Origin: an uncultured virus (IMG/VR IMGVR_UViG_3300037067_001693)
Taxonomy: Duplodnaviria; Heunggongvirae; Uroviricota; Caudoviricetes
Direction: 5' to 3' (one strand)
DNA: 64,000 nt
IMG/VR virus record: IMGVR_UViG_3300037067_001693
The position numbers and the translations under genes were made by a program. Each line of letters starts with the position of its first letter. Position 1 is the stretch's first letter. Below the pieces are notes generated by a model that saw nothing but the letters and a program-made list of their open reading frames with translations, had not been told where the DNA came from and made no database searches. Below, in pieces: positions 28,926-39,027 of this stretch.

Positions 28926-28935
28926 CTTTATTACC

Positions 28936-29319
28936 TTACAATACCGAAACTGCTGTTAAGTACAAATGAACTAGTTCCTCAACACTTTTCTTCAAAAGAA
29001 ACTCTTTACAGCATCTACAAGATGCACAGGATCTTTTACTAGTGGAGTCAATTACAATCTCTGTATCAGCTGTTCTTACAGAAACCAGTCCCGTGCCGTC
29101 TAGTGATGGAAGCATCTTAAACACGGTCTCTGTAATAGACTCACAAGTTTTGCATGAGTATATAACCTTAAGATTATACGGTTTAAGTTTGTTTGACGGT
29201 CGCAACTCCTGCTTAGGGGTAAATTTGTCTCTGCATTTGGGTGGGTCAAGTTTACCTATTAACGCCTCCAATAACGCTTGTTCTTCTTCTGATAAAAGGG
29301 ACATATCAAGATCTTTCAA
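28936..29319 (-). CDS. Cys-rich hypothetical protein
   Basis: CKTC, CASCRCC; RBS AAGGAGG. Confidence 0.55.
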   Translation of the reverse strand: MKDLDMSLLSEEEQALLEALIGKLDPPKCRDKFTPKQELRPSNKLKPYNLKVIYSCKTCESITETVFKMLPSLDGTGLVSVRTADTEIVIDSTSKRSCASCRCCKEFLLKKSVEELVHLYLTAVSVL

Positions 29320-29433
29320 TGGCTGCTACCTCCTTAGATTATATGAGCAAGAGCAAATAGTATTAAAAACGCTATTAGTATATAGATTGTATCAAGTATT
29401 AACTTCTTAACTCCTTCATTCATTTAATCTCCT

Positions 29434-29835
29434 TTATTTAGTACACCAGCTTTTAAAGGAACGCGGTCCTCTTATACCATTCCCATAATATCCAGGACAA
29501 AGTCCAACACGTATCTTTTCTCCATTAGCACGACGGTTTTCTTCTTTTCTGTATACGCAATCTATCTCGTGGAGAAGATCAGATGATGTTGAACCGTATG
29601 CAATAAATGGAATATATACACTACCATTCACAAAATTAGAGAACATAAACCCATCATGGTCAGGTCGTTCGAACACTATTCCAGCTCCTCCGTCTGAGTC
29701 AGTTCCCCACTCATACATCTGACCAGCTCTAAGATGAACTGCAAAATATTCTGGAAATAGTAAAATAAGAGCTGCTTTTGCTTCTTTACTGGTATAGGAC
29801 GCCTTTAATACCTGTTCTTTTGTTGGACAATTCAT
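29434..29835 (-). CDS. hypothetical protein
   Basis: ORF with RBS in the early-gene run. Confidence 0.55.
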   Translation of the reverse strand: MNCPTKEQVLKASYTSKEAKAALILLFPEYFAVHLRAGQMYEWGTDSDGGAGIVFERPDHDGFMFSNFVNGSVYIPFIAYGSTSSDLLHEIDCVYRKEENRRANGEKIRVGLCPGYYGNGIRGPRSFKSWCTK

Positions 29836-30093
29836 CTCTCCACTCCCTCCTTATCCAGATACGGTTTAATTCTAAAATGGTTCAGGCAAGATACCGCCCT
29901 ACCCATATGACCTCTGTCATAATATGTCTTAAATTTATTATAAGCATATTCTGATGACAGTGCGTAGGTGTACTCCTTTTTGTTTATTTCAACAGTAATC
30001 TCCCATACACCAAAAAAATCTAATGATGTACCTATTAATAGCAGAGTAGGTTGAGTCTTTTTCATTGAATTACCTTAACTCTTTCTTACTATG

Positions 30094-30384
30094 TTAGCCC
30101 AGCCATTCCAGCGCGGCCTTAGCCAGCTTGCCAGTGGTGTCGGTGATGTAATGCTGATTTATAAATACCGTTCCCCTAAAATTCCAAGCAAGTCCTTTGC
30201 TGATAATATAACTTATCCAGCCATCTTTCCCTTCCATCAACCTAAGCAACTGCACCTTGCCAGCGTCTGTAGTAAAATTAGGATTCTCCCCAAGAGTAGG
30301 ATTATCTCGATGGTAAAGAACGTTGCAGCATTTGCACATCTTCCATCCCAATAACTCGGCCAGTTCTTTGTTAAGTTCATTCAT
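30094..30384 (-). CDS. hypothetical protein
   Basis: NKELAELLGW...PNFTTD motif typical of phage small proteins. Confidence 0.55.
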   Translation of the reverse strand: MNELNKELAELLGWKMCKCCNVLYHRDNPTLGENPNFTTDAGKVQLLRLMEGKDGWISYIISKGLAWNFRGTVFINQHYITDTTGKLAKAALEWLG

Positions 30385-30723
30385 TAGTCTCTACTCCCTT
30401 CTCTGCATCCTTGACAACTAATCTTTCCGTCGTTTATACAATTACTTAAATTCGGACACTCTTCGTCATTCTTTTCCTCTTTGTAATCGCAGGCAGGACC
30501 ACCGGGCTGTCTATCTTGCTCAAATTCGTACTGCCTTTCAGCATTACGTTGGATTCTCCTGTTAATTTGGTCAGGCATGTTTTACACCATTCTTTCAGTT
30601 TTTCAAGCGTACTAATACCGGCTGTTTTTGTTTTCTTACTTGGAATAGGTGGTGTATAGTGAACATATATAGTTTCTTCTCTGTAGTGGTGATAATCAAA
30701 TCTCCAAAGTTTAACAAGATAAC

Positions 30724-31041
30724 TCATTTTATCCTCCAAATCTCCGCAACTGCGAATCCAGTTGGCACGATCTTTCCAGTTTCCTCGAACCATCCTGTCT
30801 TTAGTGCAGCTTGTGCAACAGCCTCATTCTCAGACCAGCCTTTGATAAGGACTTCATCTGCTTCCAGTTTGACACAGGGGATGTTACAGGTTAAAGTAGC
30901 GAAGGGTTCTTTAAAACTACCTGTTGTGACAAGTTGAATTGCTGTTGATCTACCATTTTGATAACTTCCCAGATGAATTTCTACTTCTGTAGTTTTTCCC
31001 CAAGCTTCAACAATAAACGTTTTTCCCTCCAGGTCTTGCAT
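30724..31041 (-). CDS. DUF4313-like protein
   Basis: YQNG...AIQL...EPFATLTCNIP...IKGWSEN...TGK.VPTGF. Confidence 0.65.
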   Translation of the reverse strand: MQDLEGKTFIVEAWGKTTEVEIHLGSYQNGRSTAIQLVTTGSFKEPFATLTCNIPCVKLEADEVLIKGWSENEAVAQAALKTGWFEETGKIVPTGFAVAEIWRIK

Positions 31042-31625
31042 TTATTCCTCCTTCAGAAGTTTCTTCTTCTCGTCTGTGCTTATTCTACCAGTCTTTAAAT
31101 ACCTATTAAAGTCTTTCTGACACTCCTCCTTTGCATTACTTCCAGTATAAGGTCCAATTCTACAAGAGCCATCTTTGAAGTAGAAGTACCACCCATCTTT
31201 GGTTTGCTCAATTTCTGTTAGTGCAGTACTTGCTTTAGAAATCGACATACTTGCCCTCCATTACTGATAACATTTGCTAATGCTTGCCTGCTATTAGCAG
31301 TTGTTTTAAAACCAAGATCACATTTAAGCTTTTCGTTCTTCCCATTCTCAGCTTGTGTAATACGCTTAACATTACCCTTTTCATCAACTCCATCTTCAAT
31401 AGATCTACGAGGAACTTGGTTGTGCTGACATGAGTCAAAACAAAAGTTGAACATCTTACTTTTCCTCCTTAAATTTTAGAAGAATACTTTCTGGCAGTTC
31501 AACACCTTTTAAGATATAAACTGTTCCATTGACAGGGCTATATGGCGTTCCATAGATATACCTATCATACTTCTTTCCTGTGCACTTTTCGTCTTTCTTA
31601 AGAATAGCTTCCATTTTAATCCTCC

Positions 31626-31868
31626 TTATTTAATTCCGCAATACGCTTTCAATATACCTCTTATCCTTTTAGCGTCAGGATTTCGCCAGTGTGCAATATT
31701 GTTTAAGATATAAAGACACTGAACTCTTAGACTTTCACCTTCCATATCCAGTGCTGCACGACAGTAGTTCACTGCCCAGTTAAGAGATGTCTTGTAACTT
31801 TTCTCATCTTTAAGAATATCTTTGATCGCATCAATTACTTCGTGTTCTTGGGGTTTGGGAGTTTTCAT
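31626..31868 (-). CDS. hypothetical protein
   Basis: LRVQCLYILNNIAHWR motif. Confidence 0.55.
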   Translation of the reverse strand: MKTPKPQEHEVIDAIKDILKDEKSYKTSLNWAVNYCRAALDMEGESLRVQCLYILNNIAHWRNPDAKRIRGILKAYCGIK

Positions 31869-32145
31869 CTTAAACCACCTTCTTACTTTCTTCTCTTACG
31901 GCCAACTTCAAGTCATGCCGCCTTACAACTCTGGAGACAGTGGGCATGTCTGTGGCGATGCCCAACTTCCTGGCTCTCTCAATAAGGGAGTCTGTCTTAA
32001 CCAAAGGCATCTTCCCGTGGTTCTCAATGATCCTGCGATTTCTTATTTTCGCGTCATCAGCCTCTTGAATTGCTTTTCTCCAGACTTTTACCATTTTGTA
32101 CCTCCTTGTTTTGGATTTAAGATTCGTCCAATTATTGAACAAACC

Positions 32146-32302
32146 TTTGTGTTATTTAACAGAGTGAAGATAGACAGGATTCGATACCTGCATGAGCTGA
32201 CACCCGTTATCTGCTCTCAGTTTTGCAACGGCACGGGCTTCGACCTTTCCTTAGCGTCTACTTGACTTCCGCCACTATCTTCACTCTTTCAAAGAACACA
32301 AA
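32146..32302 (-). ncRNA. tRNA-like RNA cassette A in a ~28-bp closing stem
   Basis: UUUGUGUUCUUUGAAAGAGUGAAGAUAG pairs with CUAUCUUCACUCUGUUAAAUAACACAAA; D-like UGGCGGAA...GUAGACGC; T-arm GCAGG-UAUCGAAU-CCUGU. Confidence 0.75.
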
Positions 32303-32558
32303 TTATGTTATTTAACAGAGTGAAGATGTTACCATGCTTTCTTCCTACTCAAGCGTAACCGCCTAACCTAATTTCTAGGAGGTTTAATAGACCTGCCCAC
32401 TGTGGAGCAGCTTCAACGTATTCACGAGGGTCTATTAGCAGTACCACTCTTTCGTTGCCACATTCTTTTTCACGTGTTTGCGCGCACACTGATCAATACA
32501 AGGTAGCATTAGGATGGCAACTCCATTCACATCTTCACTCTTTCAAAGAACACAATTT
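32300..32558 (-). ncRNA. structured RNA cassette B (~200-nt payload) in the same closing stem
   Basis: Ends identical to cassette A; internal helices GUUGCCA/UGGCAAC, UAAUAGACC/GGUCUAUUA. Confidence 0.65.
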
Positions 32559-32696
32559 ATCTCAAACCTCTAATAGCAGCAAACCTCATTATCTGTCTTT
32601 TATCATACTGCTTTGTAATCTTCTCAAGCAGTCTGATGAACCTTATTCTCTTGCTGCTAGCTTTAAGTTTTGCTTGTCCCATATCGTAAATCTCCA

Positions 32697-33794
32697 TTAT
32701 ATAACGTAGGCACGTTCTAGGGGTTCTGTGCTTGCGTAAACCTTATTAGCTAAAATAGCATATTTAATAGTTTTAACAAACTGAATAATATCTGTATCTA
32801 TTTTAACTTTTCCTTTCTCTGTGTATGAGTAAGTACTCATCAAATCTAAGCAAGTAACAACCAAATGTCTTGAGGAAAAAGTCAAGTTTACGTCTTTGTT
32901 TATAGCATATCTTAATACATCTAAATCAAGTAATGCTGATCTGAATTTACCTTGGTACGTGTTATCAAAGTTTTGTTCGTACGTATTTCTCTTTATTTCA
33001 TGTTTAATTTCTTCATTAGTCATAGGCCCGTTACCGTGCCTTGTTTGGTAAGCTCTGGTAACAAGAAATACTTCTGGATTGAATCCCATCTCTACTATAT
33101 TTTTAAGTCCGGTATTTGCTCTTGTTACGTGAGGAAAGAATCCTATACTCTGATCTAAGAGCAAACCTTGCGAACCTTCAAATATAATATTATCATAGTA
33201 AGAAACATGTGGAAATCCTGAAGTTGGTCTTATTGCTGCTGTGTCAACTAATTCTTTGCAAGTAGAAAGAAACTCTTCGGCGTCATCATTAGTGTATTTA
33301 TAATACTGCTTAAGCATTTCTAACTTTATTTTAAGAACTGAAGGATAGTATAAATCCTCAAACAATAAGGAAAAATGATCCTCCTCACGTTGAAAAGTTT
33401 GTCCTACTCCCACTCCACAGCTTCCATGCTGAGTGTCATGATTAAGTATTTTATTCCGCATCTTCTCATATGGCGTAGTGATAGGACAGCGTAAATCTAT
33501 ATAAAGTGTAGGACTTATTCCCTTACTATTTAACACACTAAGTTCATTAAGAATTCCCACTGGATCAACTGTGCAGTAGCTTGACCAATACGTATTAAAC
33601 CCTTGAAGTGTACCGCTGCCAAAGTTTGAGAATACGTGGTCAAGTCCATTTTCAAGCATTACATGATGACCTGCTTGATGACCACCACTAAACCTCACCA
33701 CCAGTGGATTTGAGGACAGGGAGCATAGCCAACTGACTACTTTACCTTTACCCTCATCCCCAAACCCACAACCTATAACAGCTTGACATTTCAT
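32697..33794 (-). CDS. divergent adenylosuccinate synthetase (PurA-like)
   Basis: GFGDEGKG, RFSGGHQAGH, HGSCGVGVG, FEGSQGLLLD, FPHVT, TRHGNGP. Confidence 0.85.
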   Translation of the reverse strand: MKCQAVIGCGFGDEGKGKVVSWLCSLSSNPLVVRFSGGHQAGHHVMLENGLDHVFSNFGSGTLQGFNTYWSSYCTVDPVGILNELSVLNSKGISPTLYIDLRCPITTPYEKMRNKILNHDTQHGSCGVGVGQTFQREEDHFSLLFEDLYYPSVLKIKLEMLKQYYKYTNDDAEEFLSTCKELVDTAAIRPTSGFPHVSYYDNIIFEGSQGLLLDQSIGFFPHVTRANTGLKNIVEMGFNPEVFLVTRAYQTRHGNGPMTNEEIKHEIKRNTYEQNFDNTYQGKFRSALLDLDVLRYAINKDVNLTFSSRHLVVTCLDLMSTYSYTEKGKVKIDTDIIQFVKTIKYAILANKVYASTEPLERAYVI

Positions 33795-34642
33795 AGCATC
33801 ATTTCTTCCTTTTTGCTTGTTACTGCACTGTTATCTTGTTTTGCTGAAACAACGGGACAAACTACATTTATGATGATGGAAGCCACATCTTCTCGATGAT
33901 CAGCTATGATAAGATTGTCCTGCAAGAGCTGCTTCCAACCTTCCATGACAGATCTTCTGCTGCCCGATCCAGTTTCCTTAATGTGGATATGATAGCAGTC
34001 ATATTTCAGCATTGCTTTTTCAAGCAGTGCTGTTGTTGAGTAGTTCTCATACTGTCCATCTCCCATCATCTTTTTAAGAAACCTTTCTGGAACACTAGGA
34101 AGAACTGGTTCATCTCCGATAGTGAACAGAAATCCTTTCTTGTTTCTTTTAGTTAAAGAATCTATCTCGGTATGAAAGGCCGCAAAGTACCAAGCCAGCA
34201 TGTAGCTTTCTCCAGCATTACCACCACCCCCACCTTCCAGCCAAATAGTAGTCAGCCACTTATCAAGCAACTCATCACTTGATTCAAACTGGCCTACCTG
34301 AAGTGGTGCGCTGTCACACTCATGATCTCCAATACCGAGGAAAAGTATTTGGGGATCAGCAATACCTGATTTGATAATAGAGTCCATTATGTGGGGTAAT
34401 CCCTCCTTAACAATGAAGTGAGGAACTGAGCCCATAGATCCTGTTACATCAAGTGCAATGACCAGTGGTAAAGATTCAGGATGCTCTGCAGAGTCTCGGG
34501 ATTCCCTTACCCTTACACCATACGGATTCATTGCCGAGTTAATATTTCTAGCAGTGAATATTTCCTGTGTAGACTTTGTTTCGTATCCAAGACTGGTTGC
34601 TCTTACTGATCGTGATACTGACGAATATATTCCTCCTCCCAT
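33791..34642 (-). CDS. vWA-domain protein
   Basis: MGGG start with RBS GGAGG; MIDAS DVTGSM; LQVGQFES; EGGGGGNAGESY; TIGDE. Confidence 0.8.
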   Translation of the reverse strand: MGGGIYSSVSRSVRATSLGYETKSTQEIFTARNINSAMNPYGVRVRESRDSAEHPESLPLVIALDVTGSMGSVPHFIVKEGLPHIMDSIIKSGIADPQILFLGIGDHECDSAPLQVGQFESSDELLDKWLTTIWLEGGGGGNAGESYMLAWYFAAFHTEIDSLTKRNKKGFLFTIGDEPVLPSVPERFLKKMMGDGQYENYSTTALLEKAMLKYDCYHIHIKETGSGSRRSVMEGWKQLLQDNLIIADHREDVASIIINVVCPVVSAKQDNSAVTSKKEEMML

Positions 34643-34643
34643 A

Positions 34644-34985
34644 TCACACCTCCCCGAACAGGTAATTGTATCTTGCTTCCGCAATTTCCAGTTTAATTGT
34701 TTCGTTTCTGATTTTTACACCCAACTCAATGTCCTTTGCAACATAGGCCGGGGCGTCAAAATCACTTGCCACCATAAGACTCATTGAGTTCTCAGGGGAA
34801 AGATCAAGCATATTCTCCTGCTCACGCTTCATACGACTGATTGCTACTCTGAGGTCTTCAACCTGCCTTTTATAAAGCAGTTGTGCATCCTCGCCAATCG
34901 CCTCAGCACGATCTTCTCTGATCTTCTTGTTGTTTCTCTTCAGTGACGATAAGAACGCTCCTTCAACTTTCTCTGTTTCTGACAT
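34644..34985 (-). CDS. coiled-coil protein co-transcribed with vWA and PurA-like genes
   Basis: RBS AAAGGAG; 1 bp from the vWA start. Confidence 0.7.
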   Translation of the reverse strand: MSETEKVEGAFLSSLKRNNKKIREDRAEAIGEDAQLLYKRQVEDLRVAISRMKREQENMLDLSPENSMSLMVASDFDAPAYVAKDIELGVKIRNETIKLEIAEARYNYLFGEV

Positions 34986-35939
34986 AATCTTTCTCCTTTG
35001 TTTATTTAAAGTAGATTCATAATGAATCCCAAGAAGATTCTATTTAATAGAACCTTCCTTGAACACATTACTTTATTTTAAATGCACTCTGATCAGCACT
35101 CCAAACTTCTTGAACACATCAAGAGCAACTTTGTCGTTGAGGTACTGTTCAATCTCAGAGCACTTCTTGATTTCCTCAGCCACATGCTCTTCTCCGCCAG
35201 CCTGACCTTGGATAATAATAGTACCATTTCTTCGTATAGCCATTTCCTTCCTCCTTTATTACTTAATTTGAAATCCAAGTCTTTTTAAATACCTGATGAA
35301 AGCACTAATAACTAAAGGCTCAAGATATACCTTATCCGTAGGATGCCCTGAGACCTTATCGTTTGCGGCAAGACATACCTGCCACCCATCGTAGTCGACA
35401 TACAGTCCATCGCCAAGATAGTCTTCATTAGGCCCATTTTCAGCCATCCCAAACCTCCTTTAAGAGTATGCTAATCCGTCTTTTTCGATCCCTATCACCA
35501 GCCCATTGAACTCACACATCAAGGCCCCTAATCCCCACTCTATCCATCTCTCATCAGGTTCCTTTTTGTAGCGTTTGATTAGCTTAACCATTGAATCGTA
35601 CTGCTCATCAGTTACTTCTGCACTGACATAAGGTTTTGTGCTTATGTTGAGTTTAATCATCTTAACTTCCTCCCTTCTGGACTTCTGCTGCTTTAATGCT
35701 TTCGTATGCTTTGATCAGTATGTTAGTGTAACCAATGATACCTTCCCAATTCAGAAACTCATCAAAGGCTTCTCCTGTGGACATACCTTTAATTCGTTCA
35801 AGCCGCTTATCCGTAGGAAGATGGTTAAGTCTATTACAAAGATTCGCTATTACCCTGTAGCTTAACTTATTAGGGTCTAGCATAATTGTCCTCCTTGCCT
35901 CTCATTGTTGAAAATCTGATGATAACATCCCCTCTCCGC

Positions 35940-36452
35940 TCAGCTCGTGGTTCGATGTTTTATAGATTCTACTAAAGTTTCTATATTGTTTAATTTAGCA
36001 AACTTACCAAACAATTTAAGTGCGCTACTGTTATAAGCTATCGCTGCTTCTATAAGTGTCTCGTAAGATCCACAGAAATAAGCTTTCCCCTTTAACCTGC
36101 AGCTAACATTAAACATATTACGACTCTTATTATAAGAAACTCCTTTACAATTATCTAGTGATCTCATATTTTGAAGATTCTGTGATGACGTGCAATTTCT
36201 TAAATTGTCTTCTCTATTATCCCATTTAAGACCATTAATATGATCCACAAATAAATTATCTGGTGTACTCATAATAAGTCTATGCATAGGAATATGAACT
36301 TGTTTTCCTTCGTATATTACAGTTCTATCAGCGTAATATTGATTTCTGTTATGTCTTACTACATTTGCATACCATTTAAACTGATTAAGATAGTTATACC
36401 ACCAGTCATCGACTATAGTACGCAGGCCCTGTGTTAGTTTAATTTCCTTCAT
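35940..36452 (-). CDS. HNH homing endonuclease with AP2-like DNA-binding domain
   Basis: KEIKLTQG, MHRLIM, VDHING...DNREDNLR, EAAIAYN..A..LFG.FAKLN. Confidence 0.88.
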   Translation of the reverse strand: MKEIKLTQGLRTIVDDWWYNYLNQFKWYANVVRHNRNQYYADRTVIYEGKQVHIPMHRLIMSTPDNLFVDHINGLKWDNREDNLRNCTSSQNLQNMRSLDNCKGVSYNKSRNMFNVSCRLKGKAYFCGSYETLIEAAIAYNSSALKLFGKFAKLNNIETLVESIKHRTTS

Positions 36453-36620
36453 TTTTCTTAGCCTCCTCCCTATCGCATTTTTCAAGAATTGCTTGTCTTG
36501 CAAATTCTCTATCTTCTAAGCGAAGATCTAAGGCTACTTTCTTTGCTCTAATTTTCTCTTCTACTGTTAACCATGCCTGAATAAATTTCATATTATTTCC
36601 TCCTTTATTTTGATAAAATT

Positions 36621-36649
36621 ATCATATCATATAATTCCAAGTAAAGCAA
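36621..36649 (-). promoter_or_regulatory. sigma70-type promoter
   Basis: TTGCTT-17 bp-TATGAT with extended -10 TG. Confidence 0.6.
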
Positions 36650-36854
36650 GGAAATAATATTAGTTTAACCTTATTTTTGTTAGTTAATCCTAACGCAATC
36701 TTCTTTTAGAGAAGAAAATCTGATTAAAACTTCTCCTCTTCGTTCTGATCTCGGTCTTACTGTGTTAGGGGACATCGGAGGTTTGTATAAGCTTTTGCAA
36801 TATTTCCTTTGGTCAGCCAGATATACCTCACGCAGGTCAAAGACATTTATTCGT

Positions 36855-37196
36855 TTAAGTATTGACATTGTCCACCGCCGCTCTTGTCACAGGGATATTA
36901 AAGCAGTTTGCAATGATAATTGCTAATCTACTGCGAATAATAGGATCAATAGCGTCATTCCAACGCTTATATGCTCCTGGACTATCCATACATGAAAGAA
37001 GAGGACAATTACTACCGCCTTTGCTGCACCCCATTATAGGGTCTTCACAAAGGAAGCAGCTTAAGTGTGGATGTGGTAGGTCTAACTTTTGCATAGTAGC
37101 AAATCCTGGCCAATCCCACTTTTCTTTGGTGGGATTCTTAGCCAACCAATTCCACAGTGCTTCGTGGTTTTCTCTTGTTGGAGTAGATAGCTTCAT
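36855..37196 (-). CDS. Cys-containing hypothetical protein
   Basis: HEALWNWLA..P..EK..WP...CFLCE...C....CPL. Confidence 0.6.
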   Translation of the reverse strand: MKLSTPTRENHEALWNWLAKNPTKEKWDWPGFATMQKLDLPHPHLSCFLCEDPIMGCSKGGSNCPLLSCMDSPGAYKRWNDAIDPIIRSRLAIIIANCFNIPVTRAAVDNVNT

Positions 37197-37486
37197 CTTA
37201 ATGCCTCCTTATGCTTAGATGTACCTGCCCATATAGGTGAGTGTTTACGAAAAAAGTCATCAGAGCACATTTTTTCTACAAAATACCAGGGATGCATACC
37301 ACACCCAGGACAAGCATCGAATTCTAAAGGAAAAGTATAGTTATTTTTACTGCTGTCAGTCTTTATCCAATGATCTTTACCAAAGCAGTTACAGTGCAGT
37401 ACGTGCAACTTACCATCCGCATCACGAAACAGATTGACCTTGGATAGAGGAACCACTACGCCTTCATAGATCTTTGTTTTCTTCAT
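37193..37486 (-). CDS. hypothetical protein
   Basis: RBS GGAGG before MKKTK. Confidence 0.5.
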   Translation of the reverse strand: MKKTKIYEGVVVPLSKVNLFRDADGKLHVLHCNCFGKDHWIKTDSSKNNYTFPLEFDACPGCGMHPWYFVEKMCSDDFFRKHSPIWAGTSKHKEALR

Positions 37487-37880
37487 CTTAAGACCTCCCT
37501 TCTTTCCAGGCTTTACCAAGTCCTGAAAGCCATTTGGAAGCTTGTCGTCGGGTGGGCGGGAGGTTTACACTTTTGCAGGCCGCAAGGAACTTCGGATCTG
37601 CGTCCTTAAGAAAGTGTCTAACCTTACCTTCATTTATCTTCCGCATAATTCATACTCCTTTCTTGTTAAGGGTAAACTGAATCGTGGTTAATCTTCCTTT
37701 ACGCCTGTCAGGTTGTGCGTAATAACACCACATGCTATACAAGGTCCGTCGTGACCTATAACGCGTGTACATATGAGCTTAATACCATTAGGATGTTGTG
37801 GATCTACTATTCGTTTAAGGCACATCTTTTTATCTTCTTTTGTATTACAGTATTTACACACTATGCTTCTTCTTTCAAAC

Positions 37881-38055
37881 AAAGATTTGTTCATTTATTG
37901 AACGATTCTTAAACTCGGAACAGGATTCGATACCTGTATGAGCTTACCCCGTTAACTGCTCTCGGTTTTGCAAGGCCACGGGCTGCGAGCTTGCCTTAGC
38001 GTCTTCTATTCCGCCACCCTCATTCAAGAACCGTCCAATAATTGTACAAATCTTT
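37881..38055 (-). ncRNA. second copy of the cassette-A tRNA-like RNA in a ~45-bp closing stem
   Basis: Core 37911-38025 is highly similar to 32161-32287; flanks pair (AAAGAUUUGU/ACAAAUCUUU, UUAUUGGACGGUUCUU/AAGAAUCGUUCAAUAA). Confidence 0.75.
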
Positions 38056-38060
38056 AAATT

Positions 38061-38137
38061 TGGTCCGAGTAGGAGGATTTGAACCTCCGACCCTCTGGTC
38101 CCAGGCCAGATACGCTGCCAGACTGCGCTATACTCGG
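38061..38137 (-). tRNA. tRNA-Pro(UGG) with encoded CCA and atypical C33
   Basis: Cloverleaf CCGAGUA/UACUCGG; anticodon arm UCUGG-CCUGGGA-CCAGA; T arm GGAGG-UUCAAAU-CCUCC; 3' ACCA. Confidence 0.9.
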
Positions 38138-38449
38138 ATTATTAACATTACTTTGATAACTTAATAGTCTTGACACATACATATAACGGATCTCTTGCCT
38201 GTACAAAGGTTCCACCCTTTTGCTCACATTCTACTTTAAGGATCGTGTCATACTTATGGCTATAATCAAATAAGCTAATTAATGTTATTATAATTGATAA
38301 ACCGCCGACGATGACTAAAACATTTATTATCTTCTTAATCATCACTGTATCCTTTACCATTGTATGAGTAATTATACCATATCCAAAGGTAGATGTCAAT
38401 TAAAATACATCAGTCAACAATGGTATATGTTGGCTTATGTTTTAATATC

Positions 38450-38752
38450 TTATGATTGCTCAACTCTTTTTAGAGTATAATAAACAGCAGCAGCTTCGCG
38501 CTCACCCTCCCATGTTAAGATATAATCCCAAGGAGGTCCTTTAACCAAAGTACCATTAGGTTTCCTGAAAAGAAATCCTTTGGCTACCATCTCACTTAAT
38601 ACTTCTTCAGTAAGTTTACCAAAGCATCCTCCTACGTCACAGTGAGATAATCCATTGTAGCCGTCAAAGTATGCTATGTAGTATTTTCTACTAGCTAGTG
38701 TGCGTAATACACTTGGTACATCATCAAAATAGTCTTTTACCATTAGGTACAC
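38450..38752 (-). CDS. hypothetical protein
   Basis: ORF in the early-gene run. Confidence 0.5.
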   Translation of the reverse strand: MYLMVKDYFDDVPSVLRTLASRKYYIAYFDGYNGLSHCDVGGCFGKLTEEVLSEMVAKGFLFRKPNGTLVKGPPWDYILTWEGEREAAAVYYTLKRVEQS

Positions 38753-39018
38753 CTCTTATTAAACATCATCTTTGTCTCTTTCTCAATCAGTATCACATCA
38801 TCATCAAGTGAACCGTTTATCTTAAGACTGACACTACCAGTATCTATTACATTAAAGGTGGTCATTAACACTAGAATCAGTCCTGCAGAGACAGCTACCT
38901 CTTCTTCTCCGACCAGCTCCTTATGCTGCTTACCATTGGGCAGGGCTTTAGTGAATCGTAACTCGTCAGTGGATAGGCGGACATATTTGTAGGTTGTAAA
39001 TTCTTTGAGTTTTGTCAT
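38743..39018 (-). CDS. hypothetical protein
   Basis: RBS AAGGA. Confidence 0.5.
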   Translation of the reverse strand: MTKLKEFTTYKYVRLSTDELRFTKALPNGKQHKELVGEEEVAVSAGLILVLMTTFNVIDTGSVSLKINGSLDDDVILIEKETKMMFNKRCT

Positions 39019-39027
39019 TTTATTCCT

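Noticed and set aside
32440..32530. Hammerhead ribozyme in cassette B (stem followed by GAAA)
   Set aside because: The required CUGANGA core is absent (GUGAAUGGA)
32697..33794. PurZ / Z-genome system
   Set aside because: The catalytic Asp in GDEGKG is retained (PurZ has Ser) and no DatZ or MazZ genes were recognised in the window
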